Below are positions 12,463-23,367 of a stretch of 64,000 nucleotides of DNA, in pieces. Numbering within the stretch: the stretch's first letter is position 1; every line of letters begins with the position of its first letter. This DNA comes from Rhynchopus sp. YZ270_cl-10. Its lineage: Eukaryota. The position numbers were made by a program, and so were the translations under genes. The stretch covers positions 1,364,001-1,428,000 of the forward strand of contig OZ037845.1 in the NCBI GenBank assembly GCA_964035575.1, in the 5' to 3' direction. The notes beneath the pieces are model-generated. The model saw only the letters and a program-made list of their open reading frames with translations, did no database searches and was not told where the DNA came from.

Positions 12463-13558
12463 AAATACAATACGGTTGTGCAGATAAGCGTGATACAAAG
12501 GGGAAAAAAGCGGTGTTGCGCTATTTTTTGCTCAAAATCGGGTGTGGTAGTGTACTGACTGATCAAACTGGTAGCAGATTTCCTTAGCGAATTCCTTCAC
12601 ATTATTTTTTTGGTCGACCACGGGTCGACTGGTCGCCGGGGAGTTGCGTACCAACTAAACGAAATACGAACGAGATTTTGCTTGTGATTGTTGTTATTAT
12701 TATTTTTCATGCTCATCATCTTCGTCTGGTGGAAATTTTACGTGTCGCATTCCCACCTGTGTGGGTCAGCATGTATGGACACCTTGTCAAAAAATTGAAT
12801 GGGGGGAAGATTAAAAACTCTTGATAAGCAGAGCTCGGTTTGTTGTTAAAGACATCTTCTACCATGCATTGAGGAGGGTAAGACAGTGGTCGCAGTTTGT
12901 ACTTGATAGCATTACAACATTTAACTTCTCCACGGGGGTCTTGGGCCGTTCATTCGGTTATACCTTGACTACCGGAAGATATTCTTGAGGCCTTTTTGGT
13001 CTCTAGAATATCCGGTCTTCCCGAACGGAGGCACACTTTGTGTGTTACTACGACCTGGCAATTTCCAGCAGTAGGTTAAGTAATCTTTCTTGTAAATTGT
13101 TGGAACATTATCTCCTCAGTGTATGGTGGATGACTTATTTGACAACAAACCGATGTGTTTGTCAAGTGGACTGCCTGGTCACTTTTCAGTGCTGGTGGTA
13201 ATTTTTGCGGTGAACTTGATATGATGTACCCTAACATGTGGCCTATCATGTGCCCTATCATGTGGCCATAGGGCACATGATAGGGTACATGATAGGGCAC
13301 ATGATAGGATTCCCCGGTTCACATGATAGGTCACATGATAGGATTGATAGGGTCACATGATAGGGCACATGTTAGGGTACATGATAGGGCACATGTTAGG
13401 GTACATGATAGGGTGCATGATAGGGCACATGATAGGGCACATGATAGGTCACATGATAGGGTACATGTTAGGGTACATGATAGGGCACATGTTAGGATCC
13501 TAACATGTGCCCTATCATGTCACCCTATCATGTGACCCCCATCATCCAGCGTGGTGTA

Positions 13559-14285
13559 GGTGCCCGCCGAGTCGTTTTTGGGCGAGTTGTCGGAACTTTA
13601 CGATTTCACCTAACAACTCGCCCAAAACTCGCACAACTCGGCCACAACTCGCCCTATACTCGGCACAACTCGCCCTATACTCGGCACAACTCGACCACAA
13701 CTCGGCCACAACTCGCCCATTTTTACAGGCAAAAACATACAGGGATGGGAGGGGACATTGTAAGGCTACACATGTAACGTTGGTTGGAACACATGATCTC
13801 AAGAAAAACAACCAGGGCTAAGGCCAAACGCCACTCATTACATGCACCTTGTCATATGACTAGTCATAGGTGGTAACTAGGTCGTGGTGGTCCATGGGAC
13901 CACCGTGTACACTCACGATTTTTGGTAATTGCTGGGGGGAATGGGATACTCCGTACATGGATACCCACACAGAACACACGGTTCCCCAGACATCTGTCAG
14001 GCAATCACTGATTCACTTCCCACAGGTCGGGCAGGCGCTGCCTGCCCATCTCTTTTCCTGTCTGCTATCGATTCCAGGTTCACAACGTTCGCACGTTTAG
14101 TCAAAATACTTTGGAATGCACAAGATAAAATGTGATGAGGTGTACCTGTGCACCTGTGTACCTGTGTACCTGTGTTTTTGTAGCCATAAAAAATCCCAAA
14201 AAAAAAACAACTCGCCCAAAAAAAATGGGCGAGTTGTTGGCCGAATTTGGGCGAGTTGCCGAGTTGTTTTAACTCGCCGGGCACC
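13559..14285. mobile_element. TA-flanked MITE, TIR GGTGCCCG(C/G)CGAGT, internal ACAACTCG repeats
   Basis: TA|GGTGCCCGCCGAGT ... ACTCGCCGGGCACC|TA. Confidence 0.8.
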
Positions 14286-14293
14286 TATGCCTA

Positions 14294-15690
14294 GGGGGGG
14301 TCACAAGGGGAGAACAGTGCACTTTTTCAGGATTTTTTAATTCTACGCGTAGCGCAGTGTCCGACCCCACAAGTCACTACCCAAGACCCCCCGGAAAACG
14401 TCCTGGAGGCCCGAAAATACCAAAAATAGTGACCAGAAGTGACCAGAAAATGAAAATTCCGAAAAAAAATGGGGTCGTGGGACAGGGTTTGTACCTTGCC
14501 TATTCCTATTTTTAGCACATAAACGAGATATGGCCATGGCAACAGTACATGACTCATATTCTAGGAAGTAAATGACACATCTCGACTAATATCATCTAAT
14601 TGCGTTTGAATACAGCCAAAAGAAGACAAGACGGTCACCTGGCATCTGTATTTTGTGGGTCGTAGTGACCAATGCATACACGCGCTTAGGTACTCACACC
14701 ATTAATAGGCCAGGGGGTGATCAATTTAGGGAAGAAAATTAGTCAGGTGTAAATTATCGAGCAGATCTGCCGTCACTGCCTCACCCGGTCCGGTATCTTC
14801 CCTTTTAAAAGAAACACCTCGTGTGACTTTCCAGATATTGCAATGTCCAATTCCTCCCCTTGGTTTTGCAGTTCAGTCTGCAATAGCCCTGTACTAGCCG
14901 CGTATATGGATATCCAGTCGTAGACTCGACTAAAGCACCGCCCGCATCTGCCTCGTCTTCTTTATCTTCTTCAGACCCCACACTCAGATTACTGTGGGAG
15001 GAAAGAGACATCCCTCGTGGATACGACCAGGCTCGCCACAATATACAGCGGCAAGAGCGGGGTGTCCTCAAAGCTCACAAGGGCAAGGAACGCCGTATTG
15101 GGAACTTACGCATACTGCTCCAATGTGGCAATACTGCTTGACGACAAGCCGTACGCAATGACCGGCAGAGAGGAGTACGTGTGGGAGGCTCAATACACCA
15201 CACACGTCACTTCCCTCCCCTTTTCGCGCGTTTTCCTAAACCCAATCTCCCCAGGGCTTGCAGAATCGCCTCTGAGGACACCTTCAGCAGGCCCATTCCA
15301 CAGTGGATACGGCGCTTTGCCTTTACTGCCATTCCACTGCGTCTACACAAGGATTTTAGAGCAGACTTGGCGTAGAACCGCCTATACAGTACCCCCGGTA
15401 CTTTTCCCGCCCTCTCCATGCGTCCCAACGGTGTTTTTAATGGGTTTTGATTGTACCCCGATTTGCAAGGTGCCAAAGTACAAACCCTGTCCCAGGCCGT
15501 TTTTTTTTTTTTTGAAAATTTCGAATTAGACCCCCACAAGTGCTCAGAAGTGTCCAAAACCAGGCGGAATTGAATTGTAGGTCACCTGGGGACCATATTT
15601 TCTGGTTTTTCAGGGTGATGTCCATTTTTTTCTCAAAAAAAATTTTTTTTGGTCACTGTTCTCACTTTTTACATGGGATGTGACCCCCCC
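14294..15690. mobile_element. TA-flanked TIR element, TIR GGGGGGGTCACA
   Basis: TA|GGGGGGGTCACA ... TGTGACCCCCCC|TA; shared subterminal GAGAACAGTG. Confidence 0.65.
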
Positions 15691-16058
15691 TACCCCCCCC
15701 CCCCCCCTTTTTTTTTCTCAGAATTTTATTTGACAAAGGTGACTAAGCACCTGAGGCTTAGGATCATCTGGTCAACTTTCTTTAGTTTCAGTGTTAGCGA
15801 CATATCTTCAAGCATAGTAATTCTCTACCTCTTCCCAAAAAAAATGAAGAAAAGGTACTTTTGGATGAGTCCAGAAAGAGCGAGATAAAGAACCCCCTAT
15901 TTGCCAAACCCTTCTTATTCGCTCTTTTTTCCAAAAAGAGCCGTAAATAACGTTAAAGAAACAATGAATGAAACGATGAAACGATTAAAAAAAGCCAGAA
16001 TTTTCCCCCTTTTCAGTTCGACAAGAAACTTGGCGACCAAATAATATTGGCGGATTTT
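15685..16058. repeat. ~370-bp block duplicated at ~31831-32206, upstream of the SpoU gene
   Basis: Near-identical from CCCCCTACCCC.. to ATAATATTGGCGGATTTT. Confidence 0.9.
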
Positions 16059-16494
16059 GTGGGGTGTCCCGGGGGTACCACACCAACACCCACCTACACA
16101 CACTTTCACACCATTTCACCCCATTTCACCCCATTACGCCCATTACACATGAATTACAACGCCTTGTTGTTTTGGTCTTTACTAAAGGGATGTGCGGACG
16201 ACACCAAAAAATTGAATTTTTTTGCGAATATTTGCATACAATGCAACGAGCCGACCCCCTTTTATGCACCGAAATCCCTATACGTTACTGTATAAAGACC
16301 CGTGGAGCCACTTTAAATTGACTTCTACTCCACAAAAGTGGTCGATTTTTTTTTTTATGGTGAAAAGCGGGGAGCTCGGAAATTCACTGCCGCTGGTTTT
16401 CAGGGGGGGAAAATTACATGTCACACACCCACCTCACCGAGAGCCAAAACAGAAATACGCTCGCCTTGAAATTTTTTTCTGGATTTTTTTTTTT

Positions 16495-19400
16495 ATTCCT
16501 ACAAGCGTAGCTTAAAGGAGAAATAGTTCCTCAGATACGGTCGCCAATCACCCCTCAAACAGGGTAATTGAGCAATCAACGAAAAATATTTATTACAATC
16601 AACTATGTTCATTATGGAGTTCTGCTTGGATAGCGCGCGACTCGCTTATGATGCGGTCGTAGAAGGTTGGGATCGTTTTGTGTTTGTACGTGCGAGAGGA
16701 TGAAGATACGGCTTTGGTGGGTTTGGACGATGGTGACCTGCGGGAGAGTTTTCGGACAAAAACAGAAGATATGGTCTAAGAAAATAAATTGAGTGAACAC
16801 TGTGCAAGACCTCAAATTATGTGAGGAGATACACGAATGAAAATAAAGACAAACAAAAAAATGATAAACAGTGCAAAGGGCTCACCGCCGGCTGACCACC
16901 ATATCAGCGAAAAGGGAGTCGCACCAGAGAATTATGTGCAACCGTCGGCCTAGGTAGGTAACGGTATGAAAGACCCAAAAAAACGACGGCTTGCCACGCG
17001 GTGAAGTCGTGAAGGGCACAAAGAAATTGGTAGGTAACGGTATGAAAGACCCAAAAAACGACGACTTGCCACGCGGTGAAGTCGTGAAGGGCACAAAGAA
17101 ATTGGCGGCTTACCACGCGGTGAAGTCGGAAAAGTCAACAACCACGGGGGAAAGACGGGAAGACACAACGACAAAAAGACGACTTACCACGCGGTGAAGT
17201 CGGAAAAGGCAACAAAAAGAGAACAAAATAAGGGGAAAACGGGAATATGGGAGAGGTGTCAGACGACGAGTTCAACAAGGATTTCGAGACGCTGCGTTTA
17301 GAGGGCATTCCGTATGTTTTTTGGACAGGGTTTTTAGAGAGTGACATGTGGGACGAGCTGGTGAAGACAGTCGCGCCTAACTGTGGACAATCTTTGGGTG
17401 GTTTCATTTTGAACTGGTGTCGGAACCGGGCACGCGTACGCCAGCTTTGATAATGCCGTGTGTGTAGCCGTCGCTCGCGAGCCGCACAGCTTTGCGCTAA
17501 CTGAGGTCAACAAAAGCAACGAAGGTTTTGTGGAGGAGAAGAAGCCGAACGTCGAAAAGGCAAGCCAACGAAGGAGCGGGACCAACACGATGACAACACG
17601 GTAACACACGAATAGTACAGCAGTACCCATACCGGTGCGGAGAGCACACCATCATGCTGCTGCGTTTCCGAGCACATACTTTAGCGTTTCGTTTTGAAGC
17701 ACATGAGAAGCAGTTAAACCACCATGCACCGTGCGACCTCCGGAAGGCAGCGCCGGAGTTTTGTGTTTGCAGAATTTCAGACCTCGGTTTTGGAAGGAAG
17801 CAAGGCCACGTTAGATGACAGACATGATGATCATTTTCTGCCTGCCGCCGTCGCAGTAAAGTTGCGCAACCGTGATCAGGGTCAACACCAGGCACGAGTT
17901 TCAGCGTCACCGCACCTTCACAAAGACGTAGAGTCGCGCATACTCACCACCCACACGTTGTGCGCGAAGACAGGTGCCTCAGAATAAAGGGGGAGAGACA
18001 TGAAAATAGAAATGATGTACGAATGGGATATATAATAAACGGTGCACAGGGCTGATAAGAAGACCGCGGTGTGCGTTTTGTGGAAGGCTGGTGCAGGGAC
18101 TGGTGTTTTGCAGGCTGTGATACCCTGTCGTGCCTAGGGAGCTTTTTGCAGTTTATACGGACCAAAACAATTATAAGAACGATGCGTAGGGGGATTCAAT
18201 GCAAAGAAAAGGAGGATGGAGTTGAGAAGGGTTGAGAATCAGAGTGTTGCAGTTTAAAGGGAAGGAAACGACACTAGCAAAACATTGAGAGTATACCGGT
18301 TCTGCTGAAGATAACAACAGTTTATGCTAAGGGTAACAACAGTTTATGCTGAAGGTTAATACAGGTTAGGCTGAAGGTAACAACAGTTTATGTTAAAGGT
18401 TAATACAGGTTATGCTGAAGGTAACTACAGGTTATCCTGAAGATAACATCAGTTTATGCTGAAGGTAAATACAGGTTATGCTAAAGATTAGTACAGGTTA
18501 TGCTGAAGATAACAAACAGAATGTACAGGTATGCTGAAGAGGCAGAATGAATACAAAGAAGAAGGGGAAGACCACGTTGTGGAGTCTATGGGATCCAGAC
18601 GGAGGCAGAATAATGTAACGCAGTGAACGAGCAGCTGGAACATGCAGTGGTTTCTTCTTTCGTGGGCAGCAGCGCAGCGTGGGGAGGAGACTGGAAGAGC
18701 TCCGAGACGAGAGGTGGTGGAAGCAACCGGAGAAGAGGGATCGTGGAAGGGCCACATGCATGCTGAAGGAACCCAGAGGAGTTTAACGGCTAAACGGGGA
18801 TTCGAGACCCACCGTGGGTGTGCACAAGAAAAACATGGGTTTGCTGATTCGTCTCTGCTGGTACGCAGCCGCTAGGTAGGAGATGCCCACGATGCCGGAG
18901 GTGATCAGTATGTCTAGGGAAAAATGGGTGGCGATGACGGATGACGAGCGCCTTTTTTGCAATTCCTTCTGGATAAAGAAGACATGCGGAACACGATGAA
19001 GTTGGGCGGTGAGAGGGGCATCAAGATGCGCATAGATACTTATCCTTCCGATGGTTGGGAGCTTGCCCCTGCAGGAGTGCAAACGCGCAACGATGGTTTT
19101 TGCCGGTGCTGACAGTGTACGCGGAGGTTGTGGAGAGATGCAACGTCGTTAATTTGGAGTTGAAATGTGACCCTCTGGTTTGGTACACCCCTGCAGCAGT
19201 TTGATGTTCTTGGCGTTTACACTTCGGCCTATAAACCGGGAGATACCGCATGTCTGAATGGTAGAGAGACATACTGCTCTCCTCCCACCAGCAAGGGTAC
19301 ACTGTCGGAAGATGTACCTGAGGGGGTTTTTGATAGGGTGTGTTGTCCTATGTCGGGTCTGCGTTAGGGAGGAGTTTGGATGAGGACGAATCGTTTGTGG

Positions 19401-20147
19401 GATACGGAGCTGCTTGCTTTCTGGGATCACGAGTGTTGTAGAGTCGGGCTGGAGGTCCCTTAAGAAAAATGTTACGAACCGATTCCATCCCAACTGAGAG
19501 AAGAAAAGTCTGAACGGACGCGAGTTTTTCGAACACGGGGATGCATCGTATGCAGGTGGACAATGCGGATGTGTCGCAGCTATTAACAAAGGTCAGTCCC
19601 AGTGTTTTCTTCCGGTGTGCGTTTTCGGCGTGTGAAGTAATAGGGGATGACAGGCATGGTAGAATGGGTCCCAACAGGAGAGCTGCGGGTCTGACACGAG
19701 GTGAATGGAGCCCCGAGCTGATCGAGAACAGACAAGGCGACGAAGGTCGACCAGGTGCGGGGCAGCATGTCGGCACTCATGTCAGCGCAATGGGCCGCGT
19801 GTAACGAATGTTTTTGGGTTAGTTAAGTGATCTCTGCGTTATTAGGACGCGTCAGTGTATTTGTTCAGTGAATCGTTGGCCCATCTTTAGTTTAAAGTAG
19901 ACCTCTGCTAATCGGAGGGATTTTGTGGTTCAGCTCTATGAGCAGTCCCTAGGGGGTTTGGGTGCAATCAACGAAAAAACCTTTTTTCCTTTTACTTACC
20001 TATCAGAGTTACTATTTTTATTCCTACAAGCGTAGCTTAAAGGAGAAATAGTTCCTCAGATACGGTCGCCAATCACCCCTCAAACAGGGTAATTGAGCAA
20101 TCAACGAAAAAACCTTTTTTCCTTTTACTTACCTATCAGAGTTACTA
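16495..20147 (+). mobile_element. Decayed split-direct-repeat YR retrotransposon (PAT/Ngaro/VIPER/TATE-type architecture)
   Basis: A1 16495-16586; B1 19964-20014; T5; A2 20020-20111; B2 20097-20147; inserted in a T run with no TSD; frameshifted RT/RNaseH remnants inside. Confidence 0.85.
19035..19705 (+). pseudogene. Frameshifted RT-RNaseH remnant homologous to the intact ORF at 51642-53546
   Basis: QVDNA/VAAINKGQS, VEWVPT../GLTRG, FDVLGV and VVERCNVVNLELK match QVDNAAAVAAINKGHS, WVDT..FTRG, FCALGL and FLRRAERVGAELN. Confidence 0.75.
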
Positions 20148-20263
20148 TTTTTTTTGGATCCGGCCGTTTCGAAACGTTCAATTGCGGGGTCGGACGATCA
20201 AAAATATGCATCTCACATTTCTGAGTGCAAAATATGAAAAAGTATACGGAGAACCATGGAATG

Positions 20264-22771
20264 TGGTGCTATCCGGGGGGCGGCGTTTTGCAAAGTTTCA
20301 CAAAATGTCACAAAATTTCAATCCTATGCACAACGTGTCACAACGTTTCACAACGCTTCACAACGCTTCACAACTTTTCACAACTTTTCACAACTATGTA
20401 CACACACCGTTGTGAAAAGTTGTGAAGAGTTGTGAAGAGTTGTGATTTTGATTGAAATTTTGTGAAAAGTTGTGATTTTGATCGAAAATTGTGAAAAGTT
20501 GTGAAAGTTATGAAAAGTTGTGAAAGTTGTGAATAGTTGTGAAAAGTTGTGATTTTGTTTGAAATTTTGCGAAACTTTGTGCAAAGTTGTGATTTGGATT
20601 GAAATTTTGTGAAATTTTGTGAAAGTTGTGAATAGTTGTGAAAAGTTGTGATTTTGATTGAAAATTGTGAAAAGTTGTGAAAGCTGTGAAAAGTTGTGAA
20701 AAGTTGTGATTTTGATTGAAATTTTGCGAAACTTTGTGAAAAGTTGTGATTTTGTTTGAAATTTTGCGAAACTTTGTGCAAAGTTGTGATTTGGATTGAA
20801 ATTTTGTGAAATTTTGTGAAAGTTGTGAATAGTTGTGAAAAGTTGTGATTTTGATTGAAAATTGTGAAAAGTTGTGAAAGCTGTGAAAAGTTGTGAAAAG
20901 TTGTGATTTTGATTGAAATTTTGCGAAACTTTGTGAAAAGTTGTGATTTTGGTTGAAATTTTGTGAAATTTTGTGAAAAGTTGTGAAAAGTTGTGATTTT
21001 AATTGAAATTTGTGAAAAGTTGTGAAATTTGTGAAAAATTGTGAAAAGTTGTGATTTTGATTGAAATGTTGTGAAAAGTTGTGAAAAGTTGTGAAAAGTT
21101 GTGATTTTAATTGAAAATTTTGTGAAAAGTTGTGCTTTTAACCCTTTATGGACCACGACCGATTTTTTCGATTTGCTAGGATCTTCTCTCCCGTAGGTAA
21201 AATGTGATCTGATGCATATTTTTGATCGTACCTGGCCGCAATTGAAAGATTTTGAGCAGATATTTCAAATGGAGCAGAAATCGAAATAAAATGAGAAAAA
21301 TGGAAAATGGAAAATTGAGGAGAGCTGATATTTTTTTCTGAAAATTTTGAAGAAAAAAATTATTCCGGCTGCGCACCTGTTTTTTCGGTTTTCGAAAATG
21401 GCTTTATTTGAAAGATCGGTTCAAAATCTTTCAAAAGAAAAAAAAATCGATCAAAAAGTCCTAGTAGATAATGTCTCACTGCATGGAGAGAAGGTACCAA
21501 CCAACTACATATACCGTAATTGTACAGAGGTTGGACAGTACAAAAGTTGGGGCTTTTGGGACTTTTGGGACTTTTGGCCAACTTGGCATGGTGCTGAACA
21601 AAGGTGAACGCCGCATCCCACGCACATGTAATCTGTTTTCAGACGCCTGTTTCCCAAGCAAGAAGACGACCAACACCCTCCTGCCAGTGTCTCTGTACCT
21701 TGACCGTGTTGATATAGATTTTGTACCCCTCCCTGTGGCTTTCCGTACCCTCCCGCCGAAATTTCGAAGGGACCCTCCGAAAAAAAATTTTTTGGTCGCG
21801 AAAATCGGTCCAAAAACGGTCTAGATTGCCCCATGCGTGGCATTCCGGGCAATTTGAGGGCAATTTGGCGTGCAAGAGCCATGTGTGGGGCACCAGGTGG
21901 TGCACATGTGCCCCCCTTATACAGGGTTTTTACAGGCAAAAAGTGAAAAACGACAGTCGGGCACAAAAAGCCACGGATCGGGGCACAAAGTTACATCCCA
22001 CCCTCCCTTGGCCCTCGGGAGGGAGGGAAATAACCATTCTGTACAATGTTCCTCAAAAGACAAAATGCAATAAATACACGGAGAAGAGGCACATCCAGTT
22101 CAGGGTCAGGAACTGCAACTACGCGTGTTACTTTGCCCAGTCGCGGGTATTTTCCATTATTTTAGTTTCGTTCTGAAGACCGTACAAAATGGTTCCCTGC
22201 ACACCAAAGTTTGAATCCTCTGATGACTCAAGCGCGTCAGAATGGTACATTATTCCCAAAAAATGACCCAAAATACCCTATTATGTGATAATGCCGGGTG
22301 TGGATGAGAGGGGATGAGAGCGTCAAAAAAAATCGAATCTTGCGTCTTTTGAAAGATTTCGCACAAAATCTTCTCATTAAAAAAAAAAATCTTCAAAAAG
22401 TCCTAGTGGAAGCCAATTTAGGTGGTTGCGTGGACATATATGTCCCCTCTGGTCCTTAAAGGGTTAATTGAAATTTTGCGACAAGGTGTGAAAGTTGTGA
22501 AAAGTTGTGAAAGCTGTGAAAAGTTGTGAAAGCTGTGAAAAGTTGTGAAAAGTTGTGATTTTGATTGAAATTTTGTGAAATTTTGTGAAAAGTTGTGAAA
22601 AGTTGTGATTTTAATTGAAATTTTTGTGCAAAGTTGTGCTTATAATTGAAATTTTGTGACAAGGTGTGAAAGTTGTGAAAAGCTGTGAAAGCTGTGCAAA
22701 GTTGTGAAAAGTTGTGATTTTGATTGAAATTTTGTGAAACTTTGCAAAACGCCGCCCCCCGGATAGCACCA
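20264..22771. mobile_element. TGGTGC..GCACCA TIR element, 5-bp TSD GAATG, with an expanded (AAGTTGTGAA)n minisatellite
   Basis: ~40-bp TIR TGGTGCTATCCGGGGGGCGGCGTTTTGCAAAGTTTCACAAAAT; TSD at 20259-20263 and 22772-22776; same family as 9463-9865. Confidence 0.9.
21142..22463. mobile_element. piggyBac-like non-autonomous element nested in the previous element
   Basis: TTAA|CCCTTTATGGACCA ... TGGTCCTTAAAGGG|TTAA. Confidence 0.85.
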
Positions 22772-22783
22772 GAATGTATGATA

Positions 22784-23104
22784 CCGCGTTTGGAAATATT
22801 ATGGACCGAATAAATAAAGAAACAAAATATTATGGACCGAATTAATTATGGTACGTTTGAGGTTTTTGAGTTTCATTTGGTACTTAATTCGGTCCATAAT
22901 GTTTTGGGGGGCAATTTTTTTTGTATTTGTCCCCCGAGGAAAGGGCGAATCTTATTTTTTTGACAAGTACTTTTTTGCCCAGAACGATATGAATCGAATT
23001 AATATTTGGTTCGGGTTATTGTTGGACCGAATTAATTATGGTACGTTTGAAGTTTTTTCGGGACATTTGGTACTTAATTCGATCCATAATATTTCCAATC
23101 GCGG
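22784..23104. mobile_element. Tc1/mariner-type MITE (TA TSD, CCG termini)
   Basis: TA|CCGCGTTTGGAAATATTATGGACCGAAT ... ATTCGATCCATAATATTTCCAATCGCGG|TA; internal GGACCGAATTAA repeats. Confidence 0.75.
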
Positions 23105-23367
23105 TATATAATTTTTCCCCCATTTCACCCCATTACACCCCATTACACATGAATTACGCCGTGCCCGGACACCCCAATAATACTCTAATTAGAGCGCTAT
23201 GTATAGTACAGTGTAAAAATGTAGTTTGTAGTGTTCCGGCCATTTAGGAACCCGGCCGAGTTAGCGTAATGCCTGCGAAATTTCCTCTCACCAACTAACC
23301 TACTCTACATCTCAACAGGATACACACCTCTATATCTCTCTCACATATCCCCCTCCTCTCCCCAAGT

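Larger units (their letters stand above)
6785..13556. mobile_element. Large non-autonomous TIR element with CAC termini, subterminal CACATGATA arrays and nested insertions
   Basis: CACCACGCTGGATGATGGGG at 6785 and its inverse ending 13556; (ATCATGTG)n arrays at 6820-7075 and 13230-13535; same order of blocks in the copy at 28082; no clear TSD. Confidence 0.55.

Noticed and set aside
15017..15529. 170-aa ORF inside a TIR element
   Set aside because: GTG start, no recognisable motifs, runs into terminal repeat sequence
20368..21156. 262-aa minus-strand ORF
   Set aside because: Translation of the TTGTGAAAAG minisatellite
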